From positions 1 to 41,648 of IMG/VR virus record IMGVR_UViG_3300040733_000021: DNA of 41,648 nt, one strand, 5' to 3'. The notes below the pieces were generated by a model that was not told the DNA's origin, ran no database searches, and saw only the letters and a program-made list of their open reading frames with translations. Both the position numbers and the translations under genes were made by a program. Positions 8,301 through 17,501 of the stretch are shown here, piece after piece. The stretch comes from a virus. Taxonomy: Duplodnaviria; Caudoviricetes. Position 1 is the first letter of the stretch, and each line of letters opens with the position of its first letter.

Positions 8301-11300
8301 GAACCGCCGCTATCGCTTCATCGGCCACAGTGCCGTCAAGGAGCATATCCCCGTGTCGCTCGCGCATCCGAAGATTTGTCTCGTCCTCGATGTAGCGCTT
8401 GAGGGGCGGAGCCTCGATCATCTCCCGAATCATGGCATCGCCCGAATCATACCCCAAAAGGTCAGCCACAACGTCGGGATGCTGCCCTCCCTCCTTGACG
8501 TATATCCGCCCGAAACCGTGGGGGAGGCGCTTCAAGAACTCCTTGCCGTACATCTTCAGTAGGGTGCCTTGATCCAGTTTTAGTGCAATGCCGTTTTCGC
8601 CGGCACTGGTCAGCATCCTGAGTGCACGATAGACCGGAGCGGCTTCCGCCTCCTCGCGCACTTCCTCGCGTATCGATTCGCGCTCCTGCTTCCACCAGGC
8701 TTCGTGCTCCCGGCGCTTCTCCTTCATCAACGACGATTCCAACCGCTGTGTTTCCGCCAGGTGCGCTTTCTCGGCTGTCTTGCGATAGGCCGCGAACTCT
8801 GCCTGCGTCATCCCCGCATCTCCAGGGGTGGCGAACAGCTCCACCAACCTTTGACCTTCTCGCGCCGCCTTGATTTCTTCTTCGCTGGCAAGCAAGCGGT
8901 CGAACACCCCGCGCACGTCGTCATTGAGTTTGACGTTCAGCCCCTTCAGGCTTTTGTAGATAGTGGTGAGCCAGGTCTTGAAGCGCTGGAAGAGCGGTTG
9001 CAGTTCGGCGGAGGGGGCTTTGCCCTCCATGATGTAGGCCTCACTGCCCCGCGCGAACTGTTCATGCTGTTCCGTGGTCAGATCATTGCCGTCATTGCCC
9101 AGCCATTTCTTGACGATATCCCAATCGGCCCTGAGCTGGTCCGGCGCGTCGGGACGGGCTGCGTCCTGTTTCAGTTCTTCAAGCCATGAGTGGCCCAGCT
9201 CGTGGATAAAGGTGGAGGAGTCGGCTTTCTCCAGGATGCCGATCTCCCGTTTCAGCCCGTCGGGAGAAAGGCGGAAGAAGCCGCGCTTGGCACCTGAAGA
9301 TTGAAATAGCTGCTTGACGGTTTCGGGTGGCTCTACTATCCTGATTATAGGATTCCCGCCGTCGGTTTTGGCCGTTGGGTCCAAGGCGGAAATGATATTT
9401 TCCGCACGCGACGCGGCGGGATACTTTCTCATTGAGGTCGCAGCAAGTTCTTTCCTTCCAGTCCTCACCTCTTCGACGTAAAGAGTTGAACCATCCTCCA
9501 GCGTTTTCAGGTATACAATCAGGTCTTGACCCCGCTTGTTTTTCGCGCCAAAGATCACCTTATCTGGGCTATTCAACAATTCGGGTATTTTTGATATGTC
9601 ATCCGGTGTAACAGCTACCTGCCCGCGCTTTGTTTCTTGTACTTCATCACCATGTTTTTTGAATATGTGCCTGATGGACGATGTATCAATCGAATGATGA
9701 TATCCCATTACATCGACGCCATTTTCATGGGCGGCATTAACCAGCCAGTCGGACACGGCATCTATTTTTGTAGCTAAATGCTGATCTTTGGATGCTAACG
9801 CCACATCTAGAACCTTCATGACATTCTCTTTGCTGGCCTTAGTGCTCTGCCACCGTTCCCCCCCCTGCCCCGACTGATACAGCTCCCGCCGGATCTCCTC
9901 GTTTGAAAGCTGGTTGTAATCCAGCCCCACCCGGTCCAGATGCTCTTTCAGCTCGTCAAGCGCCATCTTCGTTTCGTGGGCCTTCTGGTCCCGCACCACG
10001 CCGGGGTACACCGGAGCGCCGCGCAGCTCCCGGTCTACGGCGTCCAACAGGTCGGCGGTGGTTGCGCCGTCCTTCAGGTATCCCGCCTCCACCGCAGCTT
10101 CACGCAGTTTGTCCAGGGAAAGACCGTCAGGGCGGAGGATCTTCTTTTTCCCCGGCTTCTTCTCCGCGTCCACGTCCATGCTCTTCAGGTCGCCCCGGTC
10201 ATCCTTCACTCCCCGTTCACGGGCGAACTGCAACAGGGATTGACCGAAGATGCTTTCATCGGTGGGTATGTCGTCGGCCCGGAGGCGGTCCAGGAGCGGG
10301 TCCAGGCCGGTATCAACCGTTTGACGGCGCACACCTTCAGGCAGGGGGCGCACGATGGAGAGGGGAGATTCGTTGTACAGGTCGAAGGCGTCCACCCCCA
10401 GCACAGCCGCCCGCTGGTTGTACCGGGACGCCTCCAGTGAGGCCAGCATCGAGGCGGTGCCGTGGTCGTAGCCGATGCCCTTGAGCTGCCCCATAACGTC
10501 ATCACGCACCTTGTCGCGTGAGGGTCGTTCCTTGACGGTGGCCGTGTCCTCATCGGACAGTTCCCGCTCTAGTTCCCCCTGATCCAGCGTCAGGGCGGCA
10601 GTTTCTTCCGTGGGGGTCATGTCGCCGGGATGCAGGCGGATATGCTCCACCAGGGGAGCGTGGTGCTCTGTAGCGGCCAGATGCGTTGCATAGTCCTCGA
10701 TGGGGATGACGATGTCACCCCCCGTGGCCAGGGCGTCGGCGTACTGGTTGGCTCCGCCTTCGGTTACATCAGCGAATGCCTTGGCCGGGTCGATCTTGCG
10801 CTCCTGCCAGTACTGCCGCCACTGCTCGACAGGGACATAGACGTTGTCGATCTCGCCCCCGGCCTTGATCTCTGCCACATGCTCGCGGAACTTCTCGGGT
10901 AGGCGCTTCAGGAGCTTCGATTCCCCGGCAGTCTCCCCCAGGGCAAGCATGAATGTCTTGTTGAACTGCGCCTGCCGGTGCTGCTGATACTCGCCGGACA
11001 GCCGCGCCGCGCCGTGAGCCATGGCACCTGTGGCACCGGCAGCGCCAAGAGTAACAATAGCGGTATCGACCACGGAGCGTTTGAAGTCGTCAAGAGTCAG
11101 GCCCGGATTGATCGTTCCCTTGTCCATCAGGGCGGAATAGGCTTTGTTGACCTCCTCACCAAACAGGTCTCCCAGGACGAACTCGGCCCCGCGCTTCAGC
11201 ACCTTGTTGCCACCCTTGTACAGGCGGGAAACTCCGATTAGCTCCGTCAACCCCTCCATGGCTTTGTTGGAGAGGGACAGATAGGCGGATTGTGCCGCTG

Positions 11301-11982
11301 AGTATCCGGCCTTGAGATAGTCTTCCAACTGCCCCGGAGCCGTGACGGCGAATCCCAGCAGGAGTGGAATCTTGCCGGCCAATCCCAGCGGGGCGGTCAC
11401 GGCGTTGGCGGCGACGGTGTCAAAGACCATCCCCGCCAGTTCTTGCGCACGGTTCGCCGGTTTGACCTTCTCGACGCCTCCGATAATGCGGTTGTAATAC
11501 TCCATGTTGTCGAGCCACATCTTGCCGGGGTCTTTGTCCCCCAGCGCACGCGCCATCGCCTGCCCACCGGTCAGGGCGGTAGCGCTATACAGGGCTTCAT
11601 TGATACCCTTACCCGCCATGGGGAGCGCCTTCTTCACCGCCTGCTTGGCAAGATTCCAGTACCCGAACAGCCCTTCCATACGGGTGGCGTTGTCGAGATC
11701 GTCCTGCACCAGGGCGGCGTGGTCCTGATCTTTCGCCACCCAGCGCGCGGTATGGGGGGCCACGTCACCAAGGTCAGTGAACTCCTGCCGCTTGAGCTGT
11801 TTGTGAGCGTCGGCCCCGTTGTCGTGGCGGATAAAAGAGGTGGGAACACCCAGGCGGCGGGCGGCACGCACCATGCCCGCCGTGGCATCGGGGTTGCGTT
11901 CAATGCCCAGGGAAGCGGAGCCGTTCAGGCTCACACGGAAATCGTCATCATTGTTCAGGTCGTCGTCAAGGTACTCATTCAT
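5305..11982 (-). CDS. Giant internal virion/DNA-ejection polyvalent protein (2225 aa) with a zincin-like HExxH metallopeptidase motif and a PBECR-like nuclease insert
   Basis: Located after the internal virion genes; 'DSSTFIHELGHSWLE' motif; 'IRHIFKKHG...GQVAVTPDDISKIPELLNSPD...YVEEVRTGRKELAATSM' nuclease-like segment. Confidence 0.8.
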   Translation of the reverse strand: MNEYLDDDLNNDDDFRVSLNGSASLGIERNPDATAGMVRAARRLGVPTSFIRHDNGADAHKQLKRQEFTDLGDVAPHTARWVAKDQDHAALVQDDLDNATRMEGLFGYWNLAKQAVKKALPMAGKGINEALYSATALTGGQAMARALGDKDPGKMWLDNMEYYNRIIGGVEKVKPANRAQELAGMVFDTVAANAVTAPLGLAGKIPLLLGFAVTAPGQLEDYLKAGYSAAQSAYLSLSNKAMEGLTELIGVSRLYKGGNKVLKRGAEFVLGDLFGEEVNKAYSALMDKGTINPGLTLDDFKRSVVDTAIVTLGAAGATGAMAHGAARLSGEYQQHRQAQFNKTFMLALGETAGESKLLKRLPEKFREHVAEIKAGGEIDNVYVPVEQWRQYWQERKIDPAKAFADVTEGGANQYADALATGGDIVIPIEDYATHLAATEHHAPLVEHIRLHPGDMTPTEETAALTLDQGELERELSDEDTATVKERPSRDKVRDDVMGQLKGIGYDHGTASMLASLEASRYNQRAAVLGVDAFDLYNESPLSIVRPLPEGVRRQTVDTGLDPLLDRLRADDIPTDESIFGQSLLQFARERGVKDDRGDLKSMDVDAEKKPGKKKILRPDGLSLDKLREAAVEAGYLKDGATTADLLDAVDRELRGAPVYPGVVRDQKAHETKMALDELKEHLDRVGLDYNQLSNEEIRRELYQSGQGGERWQSTKASKENVMKVLDVALASKDQHLATKIDAVSDWLVNAAHENGVDVMGYHHSIDTSSIRHIFKKHGDEVQETKRGQVAVTPDDISKIPELLNSPDKVIFGAKNKRGQDLIVYLKTLEDGSTLYVEEVRTGRKELAATSMRKYPAASRAENIISALDPTAKTDGGNPIIRIVEPPETVKQLFQSSGAKRGFFRLSPDGLKREIGILEKADSSTFIHELGHSWLEELKQDAARPDAPDQLRADWDIVKKWLGNDGNDLTTEQHEQFARGSEAYIMEGKAPSAELQPLFQRFKTWLTTIYKSLKGLNVKLNDDVRGVFDRLLASEEEIKAAREGQRLVELFATPGDAGMTQAEFAAYRKTAEKAHLAETQRLESSLMKEKRREHEAWWKQERESIREEVREEAEAAPVYRALRMLTSAGENGIALKLDQGTLLKMYGKEFLKRLPHGFGRIYVKEGGQHPDVVADLLGYDSGDAMIREMIEAPPLKRYIEDETNLRMRERHGDMLLDGTVADEAIAAVHGDNREQVIRAELAAIKRQQRLSAPAVKAAKDEARNKSEQDRKEREYERRWMEAEKNLALAIERGESEEKIRRLKDTAKAAKEGERQGRKSISESIPSRESFQLAAAQIIGFKKVGELDAHLYLAAERKAGKQAFDAVAKKDWQAAAEAKRKQLLNFYLYREATKAQEQVEAAFVAFAKMDKPDARMAKNRDLDMVNAARAILSRFGIGKKGEDAGVYLENLRRYDPDAYSDLSAAVDAATSEPKSWKFLTMDEFMGVHDAAMNLWNLSRRSKQIEIDGRKLAREEVEEELVSRLEELGLPKNEKWRTQALTAYDRFSRGLTGIKASATRVEAWIDALDGNNPHGLFRRYIWQPIVEGADQYRLAKRGFLEKYLDLVKSIEPTMSHANIDARELGEDGYTFKGKGELLGALLHTGNESNLTKLLVGRGWGFIAEDGGLDTTQWDTFLARMYREEIITQADMDFVQSVWDLFEEIKPQAQQAHHDMYGYYFSEITAQPVNTPWGTYSGGYAPAIADSEIVSDQAARQEKESLLGSNNSFMFPGTGRGFTKSRVNYNKPLVMDLRLIPSHIDKTMRFIHLEPRIKDVARLVMGPRFRSTMEQYNPAAISDLLVPWLQRTARQQVATSGVGLGGKAGDVFFRELRTRVGLQMMVGNVANTLQQYMGFALSATKVKPRHLTGALLRYISSPHSISEEVAERSAFMATTIKQSAFDMQAQADEILINPGAWAKMKEFSIKNGYLLQQITQHTVDVVTWAGAYDQAIAEGENERDAVRRADSAVRMTQGTFNPEDLSRMETGSPFVRAFTQFYSYFNMQGNLMASQAAGAIREKGIAGAMPRLLGLYWWFAAAAIASEALMMAARGGPDDDDEPMDTALQLLFFSQLKTAAAFVPYGGTLATAAMNFANKQRYDDRINPAPWVSMGEALMRTFAMYPAQIIRGEDINDRQAVKDLLNSAGMITGMPIGPLGRPLGYLAGMNEGRYEPSGPVDMARGLIHGPASR

Positions 11983-13721
11983 CTGCCGTTCACTCCATGG
12001 GCCGCTTCGCGCAGCGGGTTGACGCCCAGCGACCGGAGCAGGGTAAAATGCTGCACAGCCTGTGCCCAGGTCTTGCCGGTCCTGCGTTGGTACATCCTGA
12101 GCGCCTGAGTGTAATTCTTGTCAGCCAACACCGTTGCCCCCGGATCGACGGCCAGTGCGGGAACTTCCTTGTCGGACGAGATCCAGCCCCCCTTCTGGGT
12201 AACGGTGGCCGTTCGCATGCGTTGCAGGGCGCTTTTTACTGCGTCGGGCGTTACCTGGAAGGTGGATGAAAACGACGATTCCAGCGTGTCGTTTATGGCC
12301 CCCACGATGCGTTTCTTGGCGGCTGATCTTTCCTTGTCCACCCGTATACCCTGGGTGAGCTGGTCGGCTTCATTATCGATCATCTCCGCGAACTGGCGTT
12401 GATGCAGGCGTCCGCCGATGTCCCCCCCTTTTTGCGCCGCGTTCAGGATGGACAGACCCAATTTTGGCGGCATCTGGCCGCTCTGTATCATGCGCACCAC
12501 CTCCCCCTGATTGATGGAGTCAGGATTGAGCATGGCTTCAAGCGTCAGCATGGAAGTGTCGCCCCGTTGCGAACCTCGCGCGGCTGCACGATCCGCCCGG
12601 AGTTGCCGCTCCTCGTCGAAACGCTTCGCCAGGGTGTTGTAATACTCGGGGTTGTACTCGCGCAGTTCTGAGCGGATGCGTTCCGGCACTTGGCCGAAGG
12701 TCAGCCCGTTGCGCTGTCCTGAGCCAAGTCCGGTCATCCAGTCGTTGAAGCGGTCGGCGGCAAGGCCGGAGTTGTACGCCTCAACGTTCTTCACCAGCGC
12801 GGCGGCTCCGGCGGGGTTGTACTGCTTCATGGTCTGGTAATCCTGCCCCGCAGTCAGGCCTGAGATGTACTGCTTCTTTTCCAGCGCCGGGAGCATGGTT
12901 GTCTGAAAAATGCTGTCGTGCGCCTGGTCCGCCAGTTCGCGTTCATGCCTGGAAACAGCATCGAGCAGCTTCTCCTGTTGCTCAGTCCCCAGAGTATCCC
13001 GGTTCTCCTTGATGAATGTCCTGGCGGAGGCTGGATTCACCTGTAGCAGCTGTTTTGCCTTGGTGCTGGCGACGTCCTGCTTGAACAGCGACACCTGATA
13101 ATCGAGTTTCTCCTTGCTCCAGCCGTGGGCGGTGGCGTAGGCGTCAAGGTTGGCGATACCGTCATCGTAGGCTTGTTTATATTCGTGTTGCCGGTTCGGG
13201 TCGGTAGCGGTCACGGCAATCTTGTTGATTGCCGCGCCCTGCGCCAGCGTCAGCGCCTCCACCTCCCCCGCCGCTCTCTCGCGGGCCGCATGGCTCAACA
13301 TGAGGTGCTCGGCGGCGTTTCGGTGCTCCTGCGCCTTGTTCAGCGCATAGTCTGCCTGATTGCCGTTGGTGATGTTCTTCTGTATCCAGTCCGACACCTG
13401 CTTGTCGTACGCCTCCAGCATGGGGCGCAGCTTGTCGGGTTTCGCCTTGCCGCCATAGGCGTCTTCGCCCTGGGTCGCTTTTACGTCAAGCTCAAACTGA
13501 GAATCCAGTCTCCCCATGAAGGTCTGAAAATCCTGCGCCTTCTGAAGGTTCTGCTTGCGCTGCTCGCTTGCTTCAATGTCCGCCAGGAGCCCCCCCAGCT
13601 CCGAAACCCCTTTCGCCAGCCCCGCGCCAAACACGGCGGGATTGGCTGGTGATGCCTGGGGGGTGGCCGCCGCAACCGTCCCTACCTGGTGCGGCTCGTA
13701 TGTGGGCATGAGTGCTGCCAT
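11979..13721 (-). CDS. Internal virion (ejection) protein, 580 aa
   Basis: Ala/Gln-rich helical protein between the small internal protein and the giant protein (T7 gp15-like position); ATGA coupling to the next gene. Confidence 0.65.
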   Translation of the reverse strand: MAALMPTYEPHQVGTVAAATPQASPANPAVFGAGLAKGVSELGGLLADIEASEQRKQNLQKAQDFQTFMGRLDSQFELDVKATQGEDAYGGKAKPDKLRPMLEAYDKQVSDWIQKNITNGNQADYALNKAQEHRNAAEHLMLSHAARERAAGEVEALTLAQGAAINKIAVTATDPNRQHEYKQAYDDGIANLDAYATAHGWSKEKLDYQVSLFKQDVASTKAKQLLQVNPASARTFIKENRDTLGTEQQEKLLDAVSRHERELADQAHDSIFQTTMLPALEKKQYISGLTAGQDYQTMKQYNPAGAAALVKNVEAYNSGLAADRFNDWMTGLGSGQRNGLTFGQVPERIRSELREYNPEYYNTLAKRFDEERQLRADRAAARGSQRGDTSMLTLEAMLNPDSINQGEVVRMIQSGQMPPKLGLSILNAAQKGGDIGGRLHQRQFAEMIDNEADQLTQGIRVDKERSAAKKRIVGAINDTLESSFSSTFQVTPDAVKSALQRMRTATVTQKGGWISSDKEVPALAVDPGATVLADKNYTQALRMYQRRTGKTWAQAVQHFTLLRSLGVNPLREAAHGVNGR

Positions 13722-13749
13722 GGTGTAGTTCCCTCTTTACGAGTATTTG

Positions 13750-14202
13750 TCAGTCTTTATAAGCGGAATAGGCTTTCGAAGCGCCGCCCAGCACAGCGCC
13801 CGCCGTGTTCAGATAACCGGCTGTCTGCTCGTTTTTGCCCTGGATCTTCAGCAGGCCCGCCTGATCATGCAGGCCGCTCGCCTGACGCTGTGCGTTGTTG
13901 AGAATGCGCAGCACGTCAAGTTTGCCCATGCCTGCCGTGTCGGTCAGCATGTCCAGCGGAGTCCCGGTGGTGGCAAGGAGCCCGTTGGCCCCGGCGGTGG
14001 CTATCTGTGTTCCCAGCATGCGCCGCACCTTGTCCTGATGTTCCGCAGCTTCCGCTGCCCCCCGCTGTTGCGCGTCAAGGGCCGCGTTCTCCTGCACCTT
14101 GGCGTTGTACTCGGCTGTCTCCGCCGCGTTCTCCGCCGACGCATAGGCGGAATATGCGCCTATGCCCGCCCCAATCACGGCTACCGCTACCGCTACCCAC
14201 AT
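13750..14202 (-). CDS. Internal virion protein (T7 gp14-like)
   Basis: Hydrophobic Gly/Ala-rich termini and 'GTQIATAGANG..GTPLD' pattern; synteny. Confidence 0.75.
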   Translation of the reverse strand: MWVAVAVAVIGAGIGAYSAYASAENAAETAEYNAKVQENAALDAQQRGAAEAAEHQDKVRRMLGTQIATAGANGLLATTGTPLDMLTDTAGMGKLDVLRILNNAQRQASGLHDQAGLLKIQGKNEQTAGYLNTAGAVLGGASKAYSAYKD

Positions 14203-14203
14203 G

Positions 14204-14644
14204 TCAGCCCCCTATTAGCGGTGTTGCAAGCGCCGCTGTGATGAAATCCTGATATTCCTCGAAGCTGTCACAGGTGAGTTCCGTTTCCAATTCTTCGAGG
14301 TCGGTGGTCCCGGTGGCGTGGATGTTCATGCCTATGGTGTCTTCGTGGGCATACCCCAAGCGCTTGGTCCCCGGTGGTGCAATGTTGAAGTAAGGTGCCT
14401 TCACCCTGACCACGCCGTTTTCGGTCCATAGGGACATCTCCCCGGACAAAAGTAAAATGATGTGCTCGTGCTTGTGGATCTTGCCGCTGACCAGCGTTCC
14501 CTTGGGAATGAACAGCTCGCGGATATACATCCCCTTTGCGAAATGGTGCAGAGGTTCAAGCTCCACCTGAGCTTCGGTCATCCGGTGCATTTCCTGCTCC
14601 AGCTGGGCGACCTTGTCGTCTATCGCTATCAAGCCGTCACTCAT
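14204..14644 (-). CDS. Cupin-like phage protein
   Basis: 'HHFAKGMYIRELFIPKGTLVSGKIHKHEH' cupin-type His motif; ATGA overlap with the upstream gene. Confidence 0.7.
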   Translation of the reverse strand: MSDGLIAIDDKVAQLEQEMHRMTEAQVELEPLHHFAKGMYIRELFIPKGTLVSGKIHKHEHIILLLSGEMSLWTENGVVRVKAPYFNIAPPGTKRLGYAHEDTIGMNIHATGTTDLEELETELTCDSFEEYQDFITAALATPLIGG

Positions 14645-15093
14645 GCGGCATCCCTCCAGAATCTGACGAATCTCTCCCCCGGCACCGGCTCGTCGAACCG
14701 GAACCCCAGCCATGTCAACCACTGCACGGCGACGCGGTTACGAAGATCCACGTAATTTTCCAGCCTGTCGAAGCAGATCGACATCAAACCAACGTATCCA
14801 CCGCAGCGCCGCAGAAACGCCATGGAGTGCCGTTCAAGTTCTTCAGTTCCGATCAGCCAGGGCCGCCCCACGTTGCCGGGGAGGTCGTCGGCTTTCGCCA
14901 CGCCAAACATGCAGACCGGGACACCGTTAATCCGACCGGTCCATGCCAGGCGGGAGACCTGAAACGACTGTGACAACACCTGGTCCGGTTCGAGCTGATA
15001 CAGCGCCCGCAACTCGTCGCCGTCCGCCGCCCTGATATTGGCGACGATGTGGGTCAGGTGACGCGCCTCGGCGTTCACAACGTCGGCGATCAT
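14641..15093 (-). CDS. T7 gp13-like (GNAT-fold) virion-associated protein
   Basis: 'PWLIGT', 'LENYVDLRNRVAVQWLTWLGF' motifs; directly after tail tubular B. Confidence 0.75.
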   Translation of the reverse strand: MIADVVNAEARHLTHIVANIRAADGDELRALYQLEPDQVLSQSFQVSRLAWTGRINGVPVCMFGVAKADDLPGNVGRPWLIGTEELERHSMAFLRRCGGYVGLMSICFDRLENYVDLRNRVAVQWLTWLGFRFDEPVPGERFVRFWRDAA

Positions 15094-17501
15094 ATCCCCC
15101 CCGAGGTGACGCTGGGGATGACGGCCAGGATGGTTATGGGCAACGGCTGGTCTTGCCTGATGACGACGTTACCGCCCGTTGACCAAGTGGATTGAATCTT
15201 GACCTGCACCTGTGCGCTTGCCGGTTGTATCGCCTGCCCGTAGTTCTCCAGCGCGCGCTGACGGTGGGGCGTCAGCCTGGTAACGTCCGGTCCGGCCATG
15301 AGCCCAACGGACTCCTGCACCAGCACGTTGACCTGATTCACCAGCTTTCGCTTCCCGATTACGTCTGATTGGGACACTGATACGTCGAGCGTCTCCAGGG
15401 CCGCCACATAGGGTAGACCGATATGGACCACCGACGCGGCATAGTCCAGGGTTACCGCGCCGTTGCTGACGACCCGCTGGCCATGGACCGAACCGTCAGC
15501 CAGTATTGACACCGTTTTCCCTTCCAGGTGATCCAGTCCGCTGAACTGCGTTGCCGGTGAACCGTTGTAGGAGAGCCCGCAGTCCACGAAAAACGAGGCG
15601 GTCACGTCACCCGCGAGGATGCGCCCGGCGAACCGCTCGACGAGACGCTGCTCGACGCCGTTAATGGTGCGCTTCACCACTAGATAGACGGCGTCCTCGT
15701 CCCCTTCGGTGATGACACAGACATCCTCGAACAGTCCGTCGGTGTCGTGACGGCTCCAGCCAACCACTTCTTGCTCCGGCAGGTAGGTAAGGCAGAGCAG
15801 CACGCCGTCATCACGCACGGCCCAGACGCAGGAAAACGGCGTCTTCTGAAACGCCCACGAGACGATGGAATGGCCCTCGAACAGGTGCGACGACATAATG
15901 GCCAGGTCATTACCCACGTAGGTGTCTTTCTGCCAGGAATACCCGACGCTCTTAATCTGGTTGCCTTTGTCCAGCACGTAGAGCGCTTCCGATCCGATGA
16001 CCAGCGGGGGGAGATGTCCTGCCCCGTCGTTGACCTGTTTGCGGACGTTGATGGTGGACGGCGTGATGACGCCATCACTGTTTCCCGCCACAACCCAGAT
16101 GCCGCCCGAGGTAAACAGGAGCAGCTTGGTCAAGTCAACGGCGTGCCGTATCTCGTTGACCTCGCGTGACGCAAGGGTGTAGTTGGCCGCGTCATTGTCC
16201 GCCACCGGCACGGAGACGGAGTAATCCGCATACCCCCCCGTCGTGGAGAGCCAAAAAGTTTGCGGCCTGCCGGAGGACCCGGCGAATACCTGCCGTTGCT
16301 GGAAGTAGGAGACGGTGCCGGGGTAGGCGTCCGCGCTTCCCCAAGCCTCCAGCGCCCACTTATACGAGGCGGTGGCGGTCAGCGTCCGGGACGCGGTCCC
16401 GCCGGAGGTGTAGGTCTGTACCGTGGACAGCGCAACAGTGAAGGTCGTGGCATCGACTACGGTCACGGTCCACGACCCGTTCAGGTCGGTCATGCCCACG
16501 ACACCCACGATGGTTACCAGCTCGCCGCTTGCCAGGCCGTGGCCGACGCAGGTAATGGTGACCTTGACCGTCCCTGCGACCGCTCCGGTGATTGCCGTAG
16601 CCAGCGTTGAGTTGACCAGCGTCTCGGGAAGCATGGTCATTACCGTGCCTGACACATGCCGCGCATCGGCAAAGCCGGTAATCAGCACAATGCCGTTGCC
16701 CGAGTGCTGATACTGCCAGGGAACCCCCGGATCTCCATCATATTCGAAACCGTCCAGGGTGGTCGGCCTGACCGTGCCGGTGGTGCCGCTGCCGATTGCC
16801 AGGTAGTAATTGGAACCGGCCCGGCGGATATCGTTGATGGTGATGCTCTTGGAGACCTCCCATTTCTTGGCGCTGGCTGCCTGGGCGTTGGGGTCGGCCT
16901 CGATGTAGAGCATCAGCCCGACCATGTCCGTGGTGAAGATATCCGCGTTGGCGGTGACGGTAACGGCCCCGGTCTGGCCGCTGACCGTTACCGTCTTGGA
17001 TTTGTCGGCGTTTATATCCTTGAACGGCCCTTTGACGTTGTTGAACGGAGCCAGCGCCCACGCGGTGTGGGATGTGCGTGACAGTTGCTGGGGGGGGTAG
17101 TCGGGATGGGTCAACGTCATCACGTCGTAACTCTGGGTGTACTTGAGCAAAGCCAGGGAGGATTCCGGGTAAATGGTTACAATCTCCACCGGATTGCCGC
17201 CTGAGAGGACATAACCGCCATTCATGATCACCCGCATGTAGTAGTCCCCGAACTCCAGAACATAGGTCTGGATCGTGGAGAACTGGAACGGGATCAGCTT
17301 TATGGCCTTGGTGCCGGAGTATTTGGGAGTGGCAATGTAGCGTGTTCCGGGGCGGTTGCTGACGCCCCCATATTGGCGCACGATGAAGTTCCGGCAGGTC
17401 TTGAGCGCCGTATAATACTTGGCGAAATCAACCCGGCCATAGAGCGACGGCGACAACTCGCCGGAGGTGAATGACGCCTGAACTACCCCCTGGCCCGGCA
17501 T
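15090..17501 (-). CDS. Tail tubular protein B (nozzle)
   Basis: 'QASFTSGELSPSLYGRVD', 'NFIVRQYGGVSNRPGT', 'YPGTVSYFQQR..FAG' motifs; 803 aa. Confidence 0.88.
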   Translation of the reverse strand: MPGQGVVQASFTSGELSPSLYGRVDFAKYYTALKTCRNFIVRQYGGVSNRPGTRYIATPKYSGTKAIKLIPFQFSTIQTYVLEFGDYYMRVIMNGGYVLSGGNPVEIVTIYPESSLALLKYTQSYDVMTLTHPDYPPQQLSRTSHTAWALAPFNNVKGPFKDINADKSKTVTVSGQTGAVTVTANADIFTTDMVGLMLYIEADPNAQAASAKKWEVSKSITINDIRRAGSNYYLAIGSGTTGTVRPTTLDGFEYDGDPGVPWQYQHSGNGIVLITGFADARHVSGTVMTMLPETLVNSTLATAITGAVAGTVKVTITCVGHGLASGELVTIVGVVGMTDLNGSWTVTVVDATTFTVALSTVQTYTSGGTASRTLTATASYKWALEAWGSADAYPGTVSYFQQRQVFAGSSGRPQTFWLSTTGGYADYSVSVPVADNDAANYTLASREVNEIRHAVDLTKLLLFTSGGIWVVAGNSDGVITPSTINVRKQVNDGAGHLPPLVIGSEALYVLDKGNQIKSVGYSWQKDTYVGNDLAIMSSHLFEGHSIVSWAFQKTPFSCVWAVRDDGVLLCLTYLPEQEVVGWSRHDTDGLFEDVCVITEGDEDAVYLVVKRTINGVEQRLVERFAGRILAGDVTASFFVDCGLSYNGSPATQFSGLDHLEGKTVSILADGSVHGQRVVSNGAVTLDYAASVVHIGLPYVAALETLDVSVSQSDVIGKRKLVNQVNVLVQESVGLMAGPDVTRLTPHRQRALENYGQAIQPASAQVQVKIQSTWSTGGNVVIRQDQPLPITILAVIPSVTSGGI

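Noticed and set aside
17090-17097. Homopolymer run of 8 as a phase-variation site
   Set aside because: The gene is in frame and essential, and runs of this length are expected in GC-rich DNA.
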